From contig MU058824.1 in assembly GCA_013265495.1 (NCBI GenBank), positions 3,809,111 to 3,873,110 on the forward strand: a DNA stretch of 64,000 bases. Direction: 5' to 3'. Of this stretch, positions 59,711 through 64,000 are shown piece after piece. The stretch comes from Vicugna vicugna (taxonomy: Eukaryota). The stretch's first letter is position 1. Each line of letters starts with the position of its first letter. Below the pieces are notes generated by a model. That model saw only the letters and a list, made by a program, of their open reading frames with translations. It had not been told where the DNA came from and ran no database searches. Both the position numbers and the translations under genes were made by a program.

Positions 59711-61399
59711 CAGGGGTAGGGAAGGGTGGGAGGGGAGGACTGTCTCTTCCCCTGCTGGCCCAGCCCAATGAAGGGTTGCTTGGGATGGCGGAAGCCCTGG
59801 GACCTGGGGATACGGTGGAGTGTTCGGGCCCTGCTGTCCCTGCCTGGCTGTGTGGCCCTGGGGGAGGGGCAGTTGAGAGAAATCCTCTCTGAGTTTTGCC
59901 CAGTCCAAATAAGCTGGGACTATGGGTCATGGTGGAGCTTGGTGAGGTTCAATGTAAGATAAATCCACGGTGCGGAGGGTAGGGGGCCACTTTCTCTTCC
60001 CATTAATCCTGAAGGAGTGAGTTGCTTGGAGCTGGGTGGGAATGAGGGGAGTGATTGCTATGCCCTCAGGTACCCAGTGTGAAGCCAAGTCCCTTGGTCC
60101 CTGAGCCCCAGCGTTCTCCGCTGTAATATTTTGGACCGGGTTATAGTGAGATGGAGTGTCACGCCCACAAGATGCTCCTGACCACCCATGTCCTTTCTCT
60201 CTTCCCAGCCTCCCCAGACGCAGACAGGGAGGCTCGCTTTCGCACACTTGCCTCGGGCCCAGGCTCCTGACTGCACAGAGTTCCTGGGCTCCCCTGGTCC
60301 ACAGTGTTCCTGGACCACAGTCTTTCATCCCAACCCCACTGGCTGCCCAAATGCAGCACCCAGCTGCTTCCTCAAAAGCGGGCACGGGCATCTCCTTTTG
60401 TCTCTCCTTTTCCAGTCTCAGAAGCTCTGGGCCTCCTTTTGCATATCCAAGAACTCAGAGGAAGCTATAGAAGTCCTCTTAGGGCCAGATTCAGTCTTGA
60501 GAAGAGGCCTTTTCCTCTTCCCTCTCTCCCCAACTTCCCCTTCTCCTTGGCACAGAGAGGGTAGTTTTGTTCTTCCAATAATTGTCTCGTTTACTTCTCA
60601 CCATCCTGTGATGTTTGACGTGTTTTTATTAGCCCCACATTCAAGATGACAACAGTCTGCCCAGAGAGGTTCAATCACTTACCCACGGTCACACAGCCAG
60701 TGAGTGGAGGGCTGATTACCAAGCAACGGGCAGGCTCCCTCTTGCCCTGCCCCTGGACACCCGCACCCACCCTGTGGGCATCCCCCGCCCCCTCACACGG
60801 CAGTGTGGGGCCCGCTCTCAGGAGGGCCAGTCTTGGTTTCTCCTCAGGACTGCTTGCTCCTGGGGGCTGGAGGTGGAGGAGATCGTGACCCATGTTTTGT
60901 TGTTGAAAGAGTCCTTGGGGGCTTCTGTGGGAGCAGCTCCAGACAGGTCACGAGCTGCCTCTGAGGAGAGTCCATGTGCTGTGTGCCTCCCAGACAGAGG
61001 GCCCACTGCCTCCTGAGTGACAGCCGCTGGGTGCAAGCTGGCTTTTCCGTTAATGCATGAAGGAAAGGTTTTCTGAATTTAAAGGGCTGGTATTTTTGAG
61101 AGATGCCAAAAGCGTGGAGCAGTTCATGGAAGGAGGTGAGGGCCCAAGGTATCCTTTGTGCCAGGCAGTTGTGTGAGCTGAGGGAACCCACCACCCATTG
61201 CTCTAACACACCAGGCAGGGTGGGGGTTCATTTCTTCCACTGAGGAGCAGGATGGTGTGGTGGATGGAACCCAGGCAGTGGGTCAGATAAACTGGTTTGA
61301 GTCCTGCACACAGCAGAGCGTAACATACCCCTGGCTATGGGTACAGTGATGGACGTCGTGAGAGCCTCATCTGTGTCCCTGGCTGACTGAGGAGTTCCC

Positions 61400-61720
61400 A
61401 TTCTTTCACTCATTTAGCAAAGAGTTTTCGGGGCCTGCTAGATGCCAGGCTCCAGGCCAGACATTGGGATGGAGACGTGAACTCGGCAGACAAAACTCCC
61501 TGCCCGCGTGGGGCCCACATCCTAGTAGAAGAGGCAGACTTAAGCACAACGAATGAGATGTGTTAGATGGTGATCTGTTCTATGGAGAAAAATTAAGCAG
61601 GGAAGAGTGATGGGGTGGGAGGAGTTTCCATTTGAAATGCAATGGTTCAGAGATGACATAGGGGCAAAGTCTAGAAGGAGGTGAGGAAGACTCTGTGCAA
61701 GAGCATCATGTTACAGGTAG
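61400..61720 (-). mobile_element. LINE-2 3' end
   Basis: cactcatttagcaaa...atgccaggc...ctccctgcccgcgtggggcccacatcctag...gttctatggagaaaaattaagcaggg. Confidence 0.75.
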
Positions 61721-62607
61721 AGGCAGGCAAGCTACCGCTGACTCACAGAGCAGCGACTGTCCGCCGTGGATGGGGCGTTACCCCGGGGGTGGGTGGCACG
61801 TGGAGCAGAGCGGAGCCAGACACTGACCTGCAGGGCAGACACGCCCACGTCTCAGGAGACTCCCTCACAGGTCAGGGTGAACCTGGTGCTGTGGGGCGTG
61901 GCAGGAGACGGAGTGCATCTGAGGGGCAGGAGAGGGGCTTCCCAGAGGAGGAGGTAGCCAAGTAGGGTTTTCAGCCAGGCTCGTGGGAATAGGGTCAAGG
62001 ATGGTGGGCAACACTGGCTTAGGTACCGTTCTCTAGCAGAGTTGGAGCTGTGTACAGCCCCTTGCCAATTTGGGGACAGAGTTGGGGGGAGGTAATGGAG
62101 GGTGCAAGATGGATGACAAGGACACAATTAACTAATTAACTCCAGGTGAATATGCCTGAGATTTGCACTTTTGGGGGCTGGAGATCACAGAGGCTTCCTG
62201 GAAGAGGTGGCCTTGGTACTGGGCCAGGTAGACGGGCGTGATGCTGCTAGGTGGAGATGCCTTTGCCCGTGTAGCCCGAGGCCCCAGGCCAGGTGCAGTG
62301 CTGTCAGGAAGCGCCTCTGATGGGGCAGCTCCGTGGGTACCTGGAGCCCTGAGGGGCGGGTGGCTGTCCCCCTTCTCCAGGCGGCTGGATCTTTCTGCTC
62401 CCCTCTGCTGGCCCCCCAGGAGGAGGAGGAGGAGATGCCTGGCGCTGATGGATATGCTGAGGCTGGGCTGCTGCGGCCCGGCACTGTCACCAGGCTCTCC
62501 CTCGTCCGCCGGAACCTGACACCCTGACCACTGAGGCATAAAAAACAGAGAATTGGAAGGCTCAGCCTGTCAGGCTGGGAGTGGCCCCCAGAGAGGCCGG
62601 TGGAGGA

Positions 62608-62628
62608 GCGCACGTGCACGCACGTGTC

Positions 62629-62662
<34 letters not shown>

Positions 62663-62686
62663 CACACACGCACACACACACACACA
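62608..62686. repeat. Alternating purine-pyrimidine tract: (TG)n followed by (CA)n
   Basis: Direct inspection; 62635-62686 is a 52-bp quasi-palindrome. Confidence 0.9.
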
Positions 62687-64000
62687 AGCTTTGCCTGCTG
62701 TTGCCTGTGAAAGTGGGGAGGAGGCTGGTGGGGCCCGGGGGTGGGAGCGGCTGGCCTCAGGCCTGCTTTATTGCTCCTACTGCGCCTGGTAGAACCCCGG
62801 GGGCCTGACATTCGGGCTGAGGCCTCCAAACGAAGAGTAGTGCTCCAGGTCCTGACTTTTGAGTAGCTGTCCTTCTAGAGGCTCGTGCCCTTCGGCCCTT
62901 TGGCATCCTTAAGAATCCATGGAAGCACATTTGGGCCTAGGGTGGTCTCATGGGGCTGTGTGACTCCCGTTGCCACTGCCAGGGAGGGGCCAGTGCTCTG
63001 TAACCAGTGGCCTAAAATGCCACTCAGCAGTCAGTCAGCTGCCTGCACAGTTGGCGCCAGGCACTGGGACCCCCGCTTTTCAGGAGCCCCCATCACAGGT
63101 AGGACTCAGACAGGGCTTGTCCTGCTGCAGAGCCAAGGCAGCAAGGTTTGAGGGCAGGGATTATGAGAAGCCAGTGGTTGAGAGGCTCTCCTGAGGCTGG
63201 AAGTGAGAGCACAGGGAAGTGCCAAAAGCATCACGGCTCCACGAGCCGCTGGGCAGGCGTGGAGCATCCGCCAGTCCCACCCTGCCGCCCACACCCAGCG
63301 CTGGCCCCAGCCTGGTGCAGCTTGCAGTTCCTGCTTGCCCAGAGCAGCTAACAGCTGCCCCTTCCCCCATGCCCAGGCGGCTCCAATCCACTCACCTTTT
63401 TGTGCTTCCCAGCCCTTTGGCTTGTCCCTTCATCTCAGCAAAGTGCCATCTGCCTCCTTCTGGCAGAGGGCCTGAGTTCATGTCTCGTCTTCTTCATTGG
63501 ACCGTAGCCCCGGGAATACCAACGCTGGATTCACAGCACAGAGGGCTTGAGTGGCGTTGGGGTCATTTTTGGCTTCCCAGTCCAGAGCCACTCAGGAAAC
63601 ACTTGGGAGGTGGCACTGAATCCACATTGCGGTCCTGGAGTGGCCTCAGTCAGGGCTGAGAACAAAGCACTCTGGGGCTTTGGTTTTGGGTAGGGTGTAT
63701 CCAGGCTATTTTGTGAGAGACCCTAGGCATCAGCCTTCTCACCTGTAAAATGGGCCAATAACCCCAGGGAACACCTGGCACATGGTGATTTCATGGTACA
63801 TGTGTGAGAGGCTGGTATTCACTCCCACTAATAAGAAAAAGGTTATAGGGGGAAGTATAGACAATGCCAATGACAGCTGTCCGCTTGATAAAGGGGTGGA
63901 CCGGACTTGCCTTTATTGGTTACACAACGTACTGCAGTTTGTGAAAGAGACAAATGACATTGGCATTTTCCAAAGCTGACCTGACATTTGGTTCCTGTTT

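Noticed and set aside
61626..61642. PORE-like POU motif atttgaaatgcaat
   Set aside because: Imperfect and inside a decayed L2.
62185..62829. 214-aa ORF (minus strand)
   Set aside because: Includes a translated microsatellite (VCVCV/HTHTH); spurious.
1..64000. CRISPR arrays, operons, prokaryotic or viral systems, intact retroelements
   Set aside because: None seen. The sequence is eutherian non-coding DNA with only decayed repeats.

Overview
Mammalian, non-coding, repeat-rich and fairly GC-rich genomic DNA. It is most likely from a camelid: there is a tRNA-Ala-derived Vic-1-type SINE at 44737-44865 and a cetartiodactyl-type L1 3' end at 14230-14461. I find no credible protein-coding gene. 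The ORF track is explained by chance ORFs in GC-rich DNA and by decayed L1 ORF2 or transposase remnants. The window is a mosaic of ancient interspersed repeats (dozens of MIRs, L2, old L1M, CR1/L3, MaLR solo LTRs, MER2, MER5, MER20-like, MER102-like). Between them lie about a dozen repeat-free blocks rich in homeodomain, posterior-HOX/PBX, SOX, POU and bHLH motifs. This pattern suggests a large intron or gene desert of a developmental regulator, which I cannot name from sequence alone. The most unusual structures are: (1) two inverted MIR copies 1.85 kb apart, ~87% identical and sharing private mutations (2992-3145 and 4992-5141); (2) a CpG-rich decayed hAT-transposase-like segment (37540-38335); (3) an unexplained 59-bp direct repeat carrying a kB-like motif (43981 and 44393); (4) a convergent pair of strong CTCF motifs ~40 kb apart; (5) a patch of AT-to-GC skew. 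Repeat family names come from recalled consensus sequences, and repeat boundaries are approximate unless termini or target-site duplications (TSDs) are quoted. Nothing here demonstrates a new biological system; the findings are leads.
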